Shown here piece after piece: positions 1 to 12,239 of a stretch of 64,000 nt of DNA. Where the stretch lies: assembly GCF_006345805.1 (NCBI RefSeq), contig NC_043015.1, forward strand, positions 33,728,001-33,792,000, in the 5' to 3' direction. The stretch comes from Octopus sinensis. Taxonomy: Eukaryota. The position numbers and the translations under genes are program-made. The notes under the pieces are model-generated. The model did not search any database. It saw only the letters and a list, made by a program, of their open reading frames with translations, and was not told where the DNA came from. Positions within the stretch are counted from its first letter, which is position 1, and the number at the start of each line of letters is the position of its first letter.

Positions 1-663
1 CAGACTCAGCAACTCAAAATCTTAATATTTTGGCCAGGGATGCAAGACAGCATCAACAGCTTGATTTAAAGCACTAACATGCTTGCAACAATGTCCAACG
101 AACTCAATGGAATGGTTAATTTTGGTAAATCTGTTCCCCACAACAATACATATAGAACCAGAACAGTTACGACTATAAATCTAACTCCATATATTTCCAC
201 TCAGTGCAAGAGCCACAAAGATGAGACGGTTGTGGGGAGAGGGTAAACATTTATGAGTGATTGTAGAGTAATAACATGTTTCTGTGATGCCACAGTGCAT
301 GCTACACTAGCTTTAGTCCCTACTAATTGGTACAAATCATATCACAAAATAACTCTTGTACAGGGCATCGACCATTCTGTCTATTTTCATTGCTTTGTTC
401 ATAAGCTTTTTATCTAGTTTTACATTAATTCTCTACAGCTTTCCAAAACACAGATATTACAGATATCTTAAATATCATAGTGAAGACTCTTTTAGTCTTG
501 CAGGGAACAAAGCAACCCCTCTAGGATTGGTGCTATGATAAAGTATATCCAGTACATTCTGCAAACAGGTTGATAACAAACAATATCCTGCAGTAGTATT
601 CGTGCCAAAATGGAATGTACAAGCAACATGTGGGTCTCTGACTCACCTACAAGGACAGTAAAT

Positions 664-831
664 TTGACCCTTCAGCATTCAGATTATGTGGTCAAATCTA
701 ATAATGTGATTATCTATTTTTGGAATGACATTGTAGGGAAGGTGAAAGTGACTAGTTTCAAAGCCAGCTTGAACATAAAACAGGTAGGATATTTGGGCTG
801 GATATGACCGGTTTAAATGATAAAAGGTTAA
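664..831. mobile_element. piggyBac-like MITE, family 1 (internally deleted copy)
   Basis: Starts ttgaCCCTTCAGCATTC and ends AATGATAAAAGGttaa. The interior (gaatgacattgtaggg...aacataaaacaggtaggatatttgggc) matches about 12 other copies in the window. Confidence 0.7.
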
Positions 832-1687
832 ATAAGGACTTGGACAACCTATCCAACCAATGCCAGCAGAGGAAAAACGAACATAAATGATTGTTTTTAC
901 ACATGGATGATGCTCTTCCAAGTGTTAATGTATGCTTCAGCTAAAAAGTAGAGAGAAAGGACTCCGTTCATCAGCCAAGCAGTTCCAGCTAAGCAGGAAA
1001 GACAAAGCATAGACATTAGCACTAAGAAGGTCAAAGTACTTGTCCCTGTACTCACTAATCCAACACAAATGACCTCACAACCATTGTATATCCTATTGAG
1101 ATCAAATGAAAAAAATGGGGGGGGGCTCATCTGCAAAATTAAAATGCTATCAATTCTACAGAAATACACTTTTAGATTCAATAGAATAAAATGTCAGAAT
1201 TTATAGATTTTTATTGTTAAATTATTTATTTATATTGACTGTCTTTTGTGGTAATTACTGTATAGGAGAGAGGGAGAGAGAGAGAGAGTGGTGAGCAAGA
1301 GAAAGAAAGAGAAAAGATAAAGAGAGACAAGAAGTCATGAAAACAAGATGTATAATTCAAAGGAAAATCCAGGAGGAGAGAGAGGGGGGAAAGAGAAAGG
1401 GAGAATCTGAGACGAACTAAGAAGGAACAATTTAAACCAGTTTTCAATATTCTAACTGTTCCACTTCTGTATTAGACTTTCGATCAGAAGAGAATATCTT
1501 GTAAGCATTTATAAAAAAATATGGCAAAACAATAAAAAGTATAAAACTAAACTAAAAATAAACAATGTTATGGTTAAAATATTGAAATTTTCTTTATTTT
1601 GGTTGATATCTATTAGTACGATATGGCAGGAAAGATGTTCCAAAGAGCAGGGTGCTGTTTGGGGAAGAATAGGTTGAACAAAGTGTT

Positions 1688-1837
1688 TCATGTAGAGATG
1701 ACAAAAGCAGATGCAGGTGAATTAGTTGGGGTGGTACTGCTTTCCTGGCCTTCAATTCCTGATGGCATCATAGGGAACACCATAATGTCAGACAGCATGC
1801 TTTGGGCCTCTCCAAGTCTGAACATAACTGACTGCTT
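1688..1837 (-). other. candidate terminal exon of a minus-strand transcript
   Basis: Acceptor tttctgtttctctttag| precedes unique, GC-richer sequence. Phase 0 reads KQSVMFRLGEAQSMLSDIMVFPMMPSGIEGQESSTTPTNSPASAFVIST*. A minus-strand AATAAA lies at 1593-1598. No homology recognised. Confidence 0.3.
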
Positions 1838-1898
1838 CTAAAGAGAAACAGAAACTGATACAGGCATTTTATCTATTGACCTCAAAGAAAAGAAAAAT

Positions 1899-2290
1899 GG
1901 TGCAGGCGTGGCTATGTGGTAAGAAACTTGCTTACCAACCACATGGTTCTAGGTTCAGTCCCACTGCATAGAACTTTGGGCAAGTGACTTCTACAATAGC
2001 CTCGGGCTGACCAAAGCCTTGTGAGGGGATTTCAGAGATGGAAACTGAATGAAACCCATCGTGTATGTGTGTGTGTGTGTTTGTCCCCACCACCATCACT
2101 TGACAACCGATGGTATGTTTACAACCCTGTAACTTAGCAGTTCAGCAAAAGAGGCCGATAGAATAAGTACTAGGCTTACAAAAAGAATAAGTCCTGGGGG
2201 CAACTTTTTTCAACTATAAAACCCTTTAAGCAGTGCTCCAGCATGGCTGTAGTCAAATGACTGAAACCAGTAAAAGAATAAAAGAATAAA
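1899..2290 (+). mobile_element. tRNA-derived SINE, family A
   Basis: Pol III A/B-box-like head (tggctatgtggtaag...ggttcagtccc), internal (TG)n, tail gtgctccagcatggc...gactgaaac..aaaaga. About 10 copies in the window. Confidence 0.85.
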
Positions 2291-2458
2291 GTAGAGTTGA
2301 CCTTCGCAGGATTTGAATTGAAAGTGTTGAGAGCCAAAATGAATGCCGCAAGGCATTCTGGCCAATACTAACAGCTATGCCAATTCAGGTGTGCCAACCA
2401 TGCCAAAATGGAACAGATAATAAGCTAGATGTACATTCTAACTGATATAGTGTGATAT

Positions 2459-2498
<40 letters not shown>

Positions 2499-2599
2499 GC
2501 AGTATCAGTAGATCAGTGGTCATAATATGTTAGTAAGGTAAATAGTTTCTGATCAGGTGTATAGCCTTTTTTTTTTTCTCATCAGAATCCTCAACCACT

Positions 2600-2820
2600 G
2601 GACATCACTGTCTAAGGCTCTCGGGGCTGATCACCTAGTTCCCATGATGTATAAGTGACATTCCTCTTGAAGGGGATGCCAGTCCATTCTAAGATTACTC
2701 ATTTATGATGGCTGAGTAGACTGGAGCAACATGAAATGTTTTACTCAAGATCACAATGCACCACTCAGCCCAGAATTTGAAACCATGACCTTGCAATTGT
2801 AAGTGCACTCAGCCACATGC
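2600..2820 (-). mobile_element. tRNA-derived SINE, family C
   Basis: The block gctgagtagactggagcaacatgaaatg...actcaagatcacaatgc...gaaaccatgacc is shared with the copies at 29160, 37740 and 62160. Confidence 0.65.
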
Positions 2821-2845
2821 TTTTATTATTATCATTATTATTATT

Positions 2846-3815
2846 AAGGCAGTGAGCTGGCAGAATCGTTAGTACACCAGGCAAAATGCTTAGCGACATT
2901 TTGTCGGTCTTTATGTTCCAGGTTTTAATTCTGTCGAGACTGACTTTACCATTCATCCTTTCGGGATCAACATAATCGACTAGCTCCCTCCCCAAAAATT
3001 TCAGGCCTTGTGTCTACAGTAGAAAGGATGATTATTATTATTATTATTAAGTTTACAAGCTGGCAGAATCATTAGCATGCCAGGCAAAATGCTTAGCGGC
3101 ATTTTGTCTGTCTTTATGCTCTGAGTTCAAATCCCGCCGAAGTCGGCTTTGTCTTTCATCCTTTCAGGGTCGATGAAATATATACCAGTTGAATACTAGG
3201 ATTGATGTAATCAATTTACCCCTTCCCCTACAAATTGCTACCTTGTGCCAAAATTTGAAATCACTATTAAAAGAATGTGAACAGGTGGAGTAGATGCTAT
3301 AGAATCCTTTGCATGGCTAGAAGGATATAGAAACTAACACAACATATGACTATGGCAACCTGGGTCAAACAAATACACTGTTATAGTATTTAGGTGGCAA
3401 GCTGACAAAATCATTAGTATGCTAGACAAAATACTTAGTGGAATTTCATCCATCTTTAAACCTTGCATTCAAATTCCATGGAAGTCAATTTTGCCATTCA
3501 TCCTTTCAGAGAAAGTCGGGGTCAATGTAATCCTCAAAATTGCTGGCCTTGTACCAAAATTTGAAATCGTTATTATGATTATTATTATTATTATTATTAT
3601 TAAGTTGACAAGCTGGTAGAATCATTAGAATGCCAGGCAAAATGCTAAGCAGCATCTTTACATTCTGAGTTCAAATTCCTTTGAGGTTGACTTTGCCTCG
3701 CATCCTTTCAGGGTTGATGAAATAAGTACCAGTTATGCACTGGGATCAAAGTAAATGACTAGCCCCCTCCCCTCAAATTTCAGGCTCGGTGCCAATGATA
3801 GAAAGAATTATTATT
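2846..3815 (+). mobile_element. cluster of four same-orientation family B SINEs
   Basis: Copies at about 2846-3030, 3050-3268, 3392-3570 and 3602-3815. Each reads agctggcagaatc.ttagca..ccaggcaaaatgcttagc...gttcaaat...ctttcatcctttc..ggtcgat. Three are preceded by (TTA)n. Confidence 0.88.
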
Positions 3816-5289
3816 ATTGCTGCATCTGTTAATATCATTGTTGATGTATCCCTTTTACCACCATCTTAACACTGATATCACAAACTATCCCCCATGTCCT
3901 CACAACTATAGCACATGTCTACACCACCACATAACATCTCCTCGCTATTACACCACTACATGTCCTCACTCACACCTTTATTACCCCCCACCACATACCC
4001 TTACTTCTATACAATTCGGCCTGCACATGCAACATATGCTCACATATACTTAATTTACAAATGTCCCACCAGCTTACATATCACACCATATGTCCTCACT
4101 ACCACACAACCCTCTACGAAACTACACCTCCACACAATGTACACCCTCACAACATTGCTCCCCCACACAGCACCAAGCATTGAAAGAATATACGCCAAAC
4201 TGATGCAAGTCATCCAATCAATTTACCCATAATGCCATGCTGCATCATCTGAGCCATCTTTATAATGGTGAGATTTAACAGATTTTTACAAGTATTATTC
4301 TAATTGTCAACAATGAATAGGAATATATTTTGTTTTGTTTTGTTTTTTATTCGGGTCTTGGCTGCTGTTTACCAATGAGACATGTAACATTAACAAATAT
4401 TTTTTTAAAACAAACATAAATATACAAACAAAATAAGAGCAAGACTAACAAACAGAATAATGACTGGGAAAATAATTTTGTGTTTTATTTAAAGAAATCA
4501 TGGAAATTAGGAACTGAATTGAAGAGAAGAAAAAAAAAAGTTATCTTTGAAAATATCTAATTGGCTTATTTACAATAACAAAAACAGCCAAAACTTGGAG
4601 ACAAGTGAGTTTTGTGGGAGAGTGGAAGGGGGGGGGGTAGTAAAGTTGCATAAAAATAAAATAGGAAATTTTAATAAATAGTAAGAGCAGACAAGAGTTT
4701 TATAAACAGGCTTAGACGCATACAGGCACATACAGACACACACACACAGAGTTGAACAGTGAGTCCTATGCAAAATAATGCATTGACATACATACACATA
4801 CAATCACATAGTCCTAGACAAATACACACATATTACACACACACACATACACAGGGCATAGTGAAGTGAGAGTGCAGCAGGTGTAGAAATTAAAGACATG
4901 CAACCAGCCGACAGTGGTGTTGGTGGTGGTTTCTTGAGGTGAAAGTGCAGTGGTGATATAGTGAGATGGCAGGAGTGTTGATAGTTGAAGTGGTAATAGG
5001 GTTATAGTGTTGGTGGTAGTAGTGTTATAGAGGTGGTGATAGTGCTTGTGGTACAGCAATAGTGATGCAGTGTTGGTAGTTGTAGTGATAACGATGGTAA
5101 TCATAGTAGCAGTGGCATTTTGGTAGTAAGCAACTTGTGGTAATAGAGCCACTACCACAAACCTGGTGTTGTAAAAGCAGGAGTGGAGGTGGTGGTGATG
5201 TAGTTAGTGATAATTTTGGTGAGGATTGTTAAAGTAATGTTAGTTCTGGCTCAAAAAGTGAGAAAGTGAGTCTATACAATTGATAAGCA

Positions 5290-5321
<32 letters not shown>

Positions 5322-6009
5322 ACATTCAGAAAAATACTTTTATGTCAGTCACATGACCAAATAGTACATCAACCAATGAAAAATCTCCGGATGTCACACA
5401 ATCTGTTATATTTGATATTTAGCTCAAAGTCCCCAATAAGTTGAGTGTTTGGATTAATAGTTACACTTCTATGAAATAACAAGTTACATACCACTAATGC
5501 GATACATTTCTCTTCTCCCAGGAAATATACTGACCATCACTAATTAATTTCAATCTGGTACTTATTTTATTGATTTTGATTTAGCAAACCACTCAGTTAC
5601 ATTTCTCTTATACAGTTATAAAACTTGACACATAAGTTCACACCTGTATCTATAAATGCTCACACACACACAATATCTGTGAGTGTGTGTACGTGTGTTT
5701 TGAGTTCAAATGTTGACGAGGTCAACTTTGTCATCCTTTCAAGGTCAGTAAAAACAGTTACCAATCCAGAATGGGGGATTAGTAAAACAATCCTGCTATG
5801 GTCTACCCAGCCCTCAGTGTAACACTACCTCCTGGTCACCAAGATGCCTTAAGCAGAGTTCATTTCGGTACAAGGTCTCTGGTTTGGGGATACCTTCTTT
5901 ACCCCACCCCCAGCACAACTAGGTATAGAGGACTTGTAAAGGGTGGTGGGTAGAACCTTCACTTCTGACTATGTACATACACATGGTGAAACTTAAAAAT
6001 TAAAACAGT

Positions 6010-6345
6010 CAAAAGGTAAAACATAACTGGCCAGATATCGTGTGGGAGCTACAAAGTAAAGATATGTTCCGTTGCGGAGATCAGCTGCCCTCTGGACACG
6101 AATGCGGTTAGGAAAAGAGAAAGAGGACATCTACTGAACATTGATAGGGAGCTGGCAAATATAGTACCCCAGATACACTTTCGACTCCTTACCTGTTATT
6201 ATTGGAGCAACAGGATACAAACCAACCCATCAGCAGTAAAGAATGATTGGACTTGGGACCTTAGGGAGAGAATGAAAATACTACAAACGATCACAATATC
6301 TGGGAGCTATAAAAATTTGCAAGGCTTTCTTAAAATTTAAAGGAT
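6010..6345 (+). pseudogene. decayed restriction-like endonuclease C-terminus of an R4/Dong/CRE-type non-LTR retrotransposon
   Basis: With frameshifts, translates as KVKHNWPDIVW...VAEISCPLDTN...LPVIIGATGY...KICKAFLKI*. This matches the HNRPDI..D/E and PVIIGA.G motifs of RLE-encoding LINEs. Confidence 0.75.
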
Positions 6346-6723
6346 AAGGATTAAAAGAAGATACTTCCCATGAAAATTTAGACTGCTGCCCTTTGGTAAG
6401 CTATTATGGCAGCCGAAGTTACAATATTTACCTTCACTCTTCACCACCAAACTCCACCTTCACCAGTATTGACCATTGTTAACAACACCAATCAAGTCTA
6501 GCCTAAGCCTGACCTACAGCATATAAATTGCAGGAGAACTTTCGCGGGGGGGGGGGGGGAGTTTGGCGAAAAAAGTGTGCCTTCTATGTTGGAAAATATG
6601 GTGTATTACAGGCTTGCAAGTCAATATTATGTCTTACTTTTGTGTAAGCAATAGGATACTCTCATTTTAAATTTTATCTTCACAGATTTTCTGTAGAATT
6701 TAGAGCCGGTAATGGAAGTTATA

Positions 6724-7207
6724 TCTATATATATAAAACTGTAGTTGTGTGAGTGCCTGTCCCCTTCGATTTAGATTCCTAACTCCTCCCACATTTTGCG
6801 GTGCAGTTTAACCAAATTCGGGTATCTTATAGTCGTGATTAATATCGAGCCCGTCTGGCTATTAGCGCGCGTCTACGATGAGTCTACGATTTAAAAAATA
6901 ATTTAACATCATTTTTTATTCCATTTTAATGCATAATTTTTCGTATGTCGATGGCGACATGTTTGCTTCTCCCCCTTCTTCCCTCCCTCGTGAAGCTGTG
7001 GGGAAGGGAGTGTAAGGAAATCAACGTCGTAAAGCGTTGTCAAGGAGACCAGCGTTCTTTTAGAACAACGACTTCATGGCTTGAAGACACCAAAACAGAA
7101 ATGGCTAAGAAAGCCCGAATTGGCATCTATAAAGGAAGTAACTCTCTAAAAATGCTTATATAGTTATTTCCCTTACAAACCCGAGCAACGCCGGGCGATA
7201 CTGCTAG
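6724..7207 (+). mobile_element. non-autonomous Helitron
   Basis: 5' end A|TCTATATATATAAAA. Subterminal hairpin CCCGAGCAACGCCGGG at 7180-7195. 3' end CTAG|T. Inserted at an A/T dinucleotide with no TSD; CpG-rich relative to its flanks. Confidence 0.9.
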
Positions 7208-7254
7208 TTTCATATACAAATATGCTTAGACATCTGTATATGAAACTTCGTAAC

Positions 7255-7410
7255 TTTAAGTGCAGGCTCTCAATTTTATCAAATCCACTCACAGGGCTTT
7301 GGTTGACCTAAGGCTGTAGTAGAAGACACTTGCCCAAGGTGCCATACAGTGGGACTGAACCCAGAACTATGTGGTTGGGAAGCAAGCTTCTTACCACACC
7401 ACCATGCCTG
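7255..7410 (-). mobile_element. family A SINE, 5' part
   Basis: Reverse complement of the family A head (caaatccactcacagggctttgg...gggactgaaccc...cttaccacac). Confidence 0.8.
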
Positions 7411-8259
7411 CGTCTAGTTTCTTACCACATGGCTACACCTGTACCTTTATAGAAAAATCTGTAGAGATACACTTAAAACATACAGCCCCTCCTGCTGCTC
7501 TTATTTCAGTCTTGTGTTTGCCTCATGTTGCTCAGGTGGTTGGAATGGTTACAAGCAGAAGGAACGTTGGTGGTATGTGTGGGGGAGGGGAGGAAATCGT
7601 AGTTTTCATTCATCCCATTGATATTGTAGTGGTGTTGATAATGATCCTGCGTAGAATAGGGGGGGGGCAGTGATGGAATGGCAGAGACAAAGCACGAGGC
7701 GATTAACAAAACAGGTAGACTTCCAATACAACACAAGATTTTAGTGGATAAATAAAAGACACCAGTAACAACAACAACAATAACACGACATTATTACACA
7801 GAGTCATTGGCAATGATCGGCTGGCCAAAAAGCCAACTGGTCAAACAGGTTCGTGGCTGAAATCATTTCCCTGAGAACAGTGGCTGGTCATGAATAGTGT
7901 TGATCCATTCAGTGTTTGATGGTGATGATGGAGACTATAAGGAATCAATAGAGAAAACACAAGTGTTGGAGTACAATGATGGAGTACAATGTTAGAGTAC
8001 AATGACAGCAGAAGGTTTCAATAGAAAATCAGCTCAGTTAACTGTGGTGGATTAGCCATTGAAGAACACGACAATATTCGGCTAATTATAGATATACTGC
8101 ATGTGTGTGTGTGTGTGCGTGCGTGTGTGGGAGTGTCTGTGTGTGAGTGGAATAATAGTTTGTAAATGAAAGAGGAAGACTACTCAATACATTGTGTAAC
8201 AGATGAATGCAGTATATTTAAATAGCACACTTACAAATGCACTCGCGTGAGTGCGTGCA

Positions 8260-8297
<38 letters not shown>

Positions 8298-8760
8298 AGC
8301 ATAAAAATTCTGCCTCTTGCAAAGCATGGAAAAACATTAAAAGAACAATGTGCGTGTGTGAGTGTGTGTGTATTATGATTAGCTTAGGCATAGCGATACT
8401 AATAACCAGTTGCTTTTAAAATTCAATATGCATATGCCATATCATCATCACCGCTTAATGTCCGTCTTCCATGCTGGCATGGGTGATATAATATATATAT
8501 ATATATATTTGTATATGTGTATATATACATATATAAGAGGGAGAGAGGTGGTGAAGAGAGGGAGACAGAAAGAGACGATAAATGAACAAAAACAAGAAAA
8601 ACACGAGATAAGTTTTCACAAAGGTCTTATTTTCGTGCTTCATTTTTATTTATCTATATATATATATATATATATATAAAACTCAGTGTGTGTGTGTTTG
8701 CAACTGATTTACTTCAAACTGGGAACATATATTACTTATGTTCCAAAGATGGCTTTAGAC

Positions 8761-10150
8761 CAGTGTTTCCCAAACTTTTTGCACCAAATTGCAATGTCGC
8801 CCACCTATCAACCAAAAAATACTCCATCACCCACCTGTGTAAAACAAAACAAAAAACCCTGACACAACCCTCCCTGACACTAAATCCCCTAGGAGAATCC
8901 CCCTTCTATCATTTGACACACACACTATATCAAAAACTCATTGACCAGTATTGACTAAATATGCATAGTTTACAAATCCCTTATTGTGGGTTTCGTTTTG
9001 CCATTAATGTGAATAAAATGCTAATATTAAGTCTATATTATGCAGACAGATTAACTTCGGTAAACTTGTGCTTTCTTTTACACTAATTTTTATTTTCCCC
9101 AAATAAACCATTGATCAGAACTACTGATGCAAAAATAATTAATGATTGTATTATAAAGGCAAAGAATACAACTTTTTAATGAGAACCATGTGTCTGGTGC
9201 AATTGCAGCTAGTGCAGATAGATTCGGTTTAAAACTTGTCAACTTTAGCTGCAAGTCTCCTCATTGTGTCACATCCAGTCCAATTCTTTTATGAGAAGGT
9301 AAAGTTCCATAACTTTAGGGAAGGCAAGCAGAAGTAATTTCAGACGTTTCCACAGATTAGGGTAGGAATTCTGTATACTTTGATGCTACCACAAACCTTC
9401 TTTGCCATTACAGCGATATCACATTATGGCATCATTGTCATCTTGTAATTCTATCAAATTCCTCCTGAACATCATCCTCGCAATCAACTGCATTGACCTC
9501 AAACGGATTGCTATACGAATTTGGAATATTCAGCACAATAACATCTTATGTAGTTAAATCCTCATCAACCAATTCATCTTTCAAAGAATGAAGTTGTGGA
9601 AATTGATGGAAGTGACGTTTTGAAATGTAAGTCTTGTACAGCACCAATTTCGAAATGAAGGTAGTAATAAATGATTTACAGTCAATGAGAGTTTTCTGTT
9701 CCCTTGCAATAACTTATTCAAATCATTTAATTTTGTAAATATATCAGAGAGTAAAAAAATATCGCACCTTCAATGACCAGGCAAAGTAAGGTTTCTCCAG
9801 TTCTGTGAGACTTCCCAGACTTTACAACAAGCAATGCAATGCTGTACGATTCAATCAACCTGTCATTCTCCTGCTTACTTGTTTCCTGGGGTAACCTGTT
9901 GAATTTTTTGTGTTTGCTTTTTGAAAGAGGCGCTCAATTGCAAAAAGTATGACAATGGTTTGTCCTTCTTGTCAGAATACTTTGCATCAAAGTGATATTT
10001 CAAGCATGAAGGTTTCATTGCTTCATAGGTCAATGTTTGATGGTGTTTCATGCAAAGTATGCCTGAGATTTTCAGACCTTTAGTTACTGATTTTTGCCAA
10101 TGAAAATAATGCCATGTAAACTCATGTACTGAGTTCTAGTCATCTTGTTT
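8761..10150 (-). mobile_element. decayed hAT (Charlie/Buster, ZBED8/SCAND3-like) DNA transposon
   Basis: TIR CAGTGTTTCCCAAACTTTT at 8761. Minus-strand remnants include YPNLWKRLKLLLLAFP, LDVTQ*GDLQLKLTSFKPNL, LSDIFTKLN, and BED-region HFDAKYSDKKDKPLSYF. Many stops and frameshifts; centre deleted. Confidence 0.85.
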
Positions 10151-11084
10151 AACCAAACTCTCCCTCACCCTCCTTCTCTCTAATATATCACACAGCATCT
10201 CAAGTGGCATCAAAACTTAAGGCTGGATAACAGTATCAGTATTGGGGTATATCCAAGCTACACAATCACTAGTAGCAATACTTCACTCTTCTCCAGGGGC
10301 ACAGTTGAAGTGAACAAGGTTGCTTATTATACGCTTAAATTACCATTTTTCACTGTCATATACAGTCAGCACTGTTAGTTTCACATTCAATATTTCCGCA
10401 AAAAAGAAAAAAACAATTGTCATTCAATGAATGTGAGACATCTTGATGCCTTGGATTTCTTGTAAAGTTAATGTAATTATATTGATTATTAAATATTATT
10501 GCTAATTAATATTTGACATTGATTTCAGAGTATTTACTTTTACTCGAGTAAATATACAACCACTGGACTAATTATGTTTCCACTGAAGTAAACATATTTC
10601 AGACATGAACAACTATACAGACTTATTGTAAGGTTGTAACTTCACCCTGAAGTGATGTAGCTAGCTACGTTAGGGATGTGAACTAGGGCTGTGAAATCAA
10701 CTCACCAAGTCCTTACACAGCTATAATGTATTCCACTGGCAGAGAGCAGACAATGACATTACGAGACATTCACGCTTTTTTTCAAAAGCATTGACAACAT
10801 CGTTAAACAATAATTGAAATGGCTTTAAGTGGAGAAATTAAAACCAAGTTGTGCATTCAGCTAGAGTTAAGCTTAAAATAAATCAGTAGAAATAACACAA
10901 GGCTCAGACCCTTATGGGATGAGGGTGATCTTGAATCTGTTAGGTTTTTTGACTGGCCTTAGATGAAAGTTTCCCCATACAGGAGGACTGTATCATCCAT
11001 GTATAATATTCATGTTTTTCATACATTATGTAATACTTTCCGTTTCATTCCAGTCCTCTCTTTTTTGTTCTTCTCATCCAATTT

Positions 11085-11270
11085 GCTAACCCCTATCTGT
11101 GGTGGTGCCATGTAAAAAGCACCCAGTCCACTCTGTATAGTGGGTGGCATTATGAAGGGCAGCCAACCATAGAAACCATGCCAAAAATGAACGATTGGAG
11201 CCTGGAGTAGTTCTCCAGCTGGCTAGCTCTGTCCAACCCATACCAGCATGGAAAATGGATGTTAAATGAA
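11085..11270 (+). mobile_element. family D repeat (RTE-like 3' tail / SINE)
   Basis: Ends gtccaacccataccagcatggaaaatggatgttaaatga. Reverse-orientation copies at 25497, 42900 and 62525. Confidence 0.7.
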
Positions 11271-12239
11271 TGTGTGACAATGATGACGCAAACTGTTTTT
11301 GTAATTCTCTCCCTGGGGCAAATAAAAGAAATTATTATCATTATTATTACCACCGTTGTCATCATGAAGCATTACATTTTGAAGTGTGACTTGTTTAGTG
11401 ATAAACCTGTTGTTGTTTTTTGGGGGGTGTTTTTGTGCTAGCTCAGTTAACCTTTTGATGTCCCGTTCTATGGCAGAAGATAATCGGTTTAATGGATTTA
11501 AACAAACTAAAATTATTCCTGCTGATATCAACAAAAAATACCCAGCTGGAGCCATCTGACCTTCCATTTCAAATGTCTCTTAAATATTTACTTCTCTTTT
11601 AAATCTTCACCCACACCACTCCGTAAACTGTCAATTATTCCTGATTTCTTCTGAAAAGTTCCAGTTAAAGGTTGCCATCATATCCTCAAAATAAATGTTA
11701 CACCATCAACATAAGAATACCAATTTGTCTGTCTGTCTGTCTGACATCTCCCTCTCTCATTGAAGTCTTTTTCTCCAGTCACAAACCCTCCCCACGGTGA
11801 ATTAAATTTAATGTCAAAATCTCTACAAGACAGAAAGAGCTTTAAATAGACAATACTGTACACTCTTGTCATTAATAAACAAATGTGAGAAAAATTGACT
11901 CCTGGACAGAAAGATAGTCTATTTCAGATGACATTCTCAGATGATTTGGTGCCTATTTCTGACTCCCATGCACCCAAAACAAACAATTTAGCTGTACTCT
12001 TGAAAATATACAACAAAACACTTGAGTGTTTGAACCTATTACTTGTAATTAAATATCTTACTCACTCAACAATTTCACTGTACATGCTTTAAGGTTACAG
12101 AAATAGAAAGTACTTGGTACTAGTTTTGTGTGTGTGTGCGTTTCTCTCTCTCTCTCTCTCCCACCATTAGAAGTGTTGTTTTATTAAACAAAAGTGATAT
12201 ATGATTTGAATTAACTAAGACCTGTAGCAAACACACAGA

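Noticed and set aside
1899-1975. tRNA-like A/B boxes at SINE heads
   Set aside because: They do not form complete cloverleaves and continue into SINE bodies, so they are not tRNA genes.
11262-11567. 101-aa ORF with a hydrophobic N-terminus (MEGQMAPAGYFLLISAGIILV...)
   Set aside because: No homology recognised; it runs into simple repeats and a family D tail, with no supporting splice signals.
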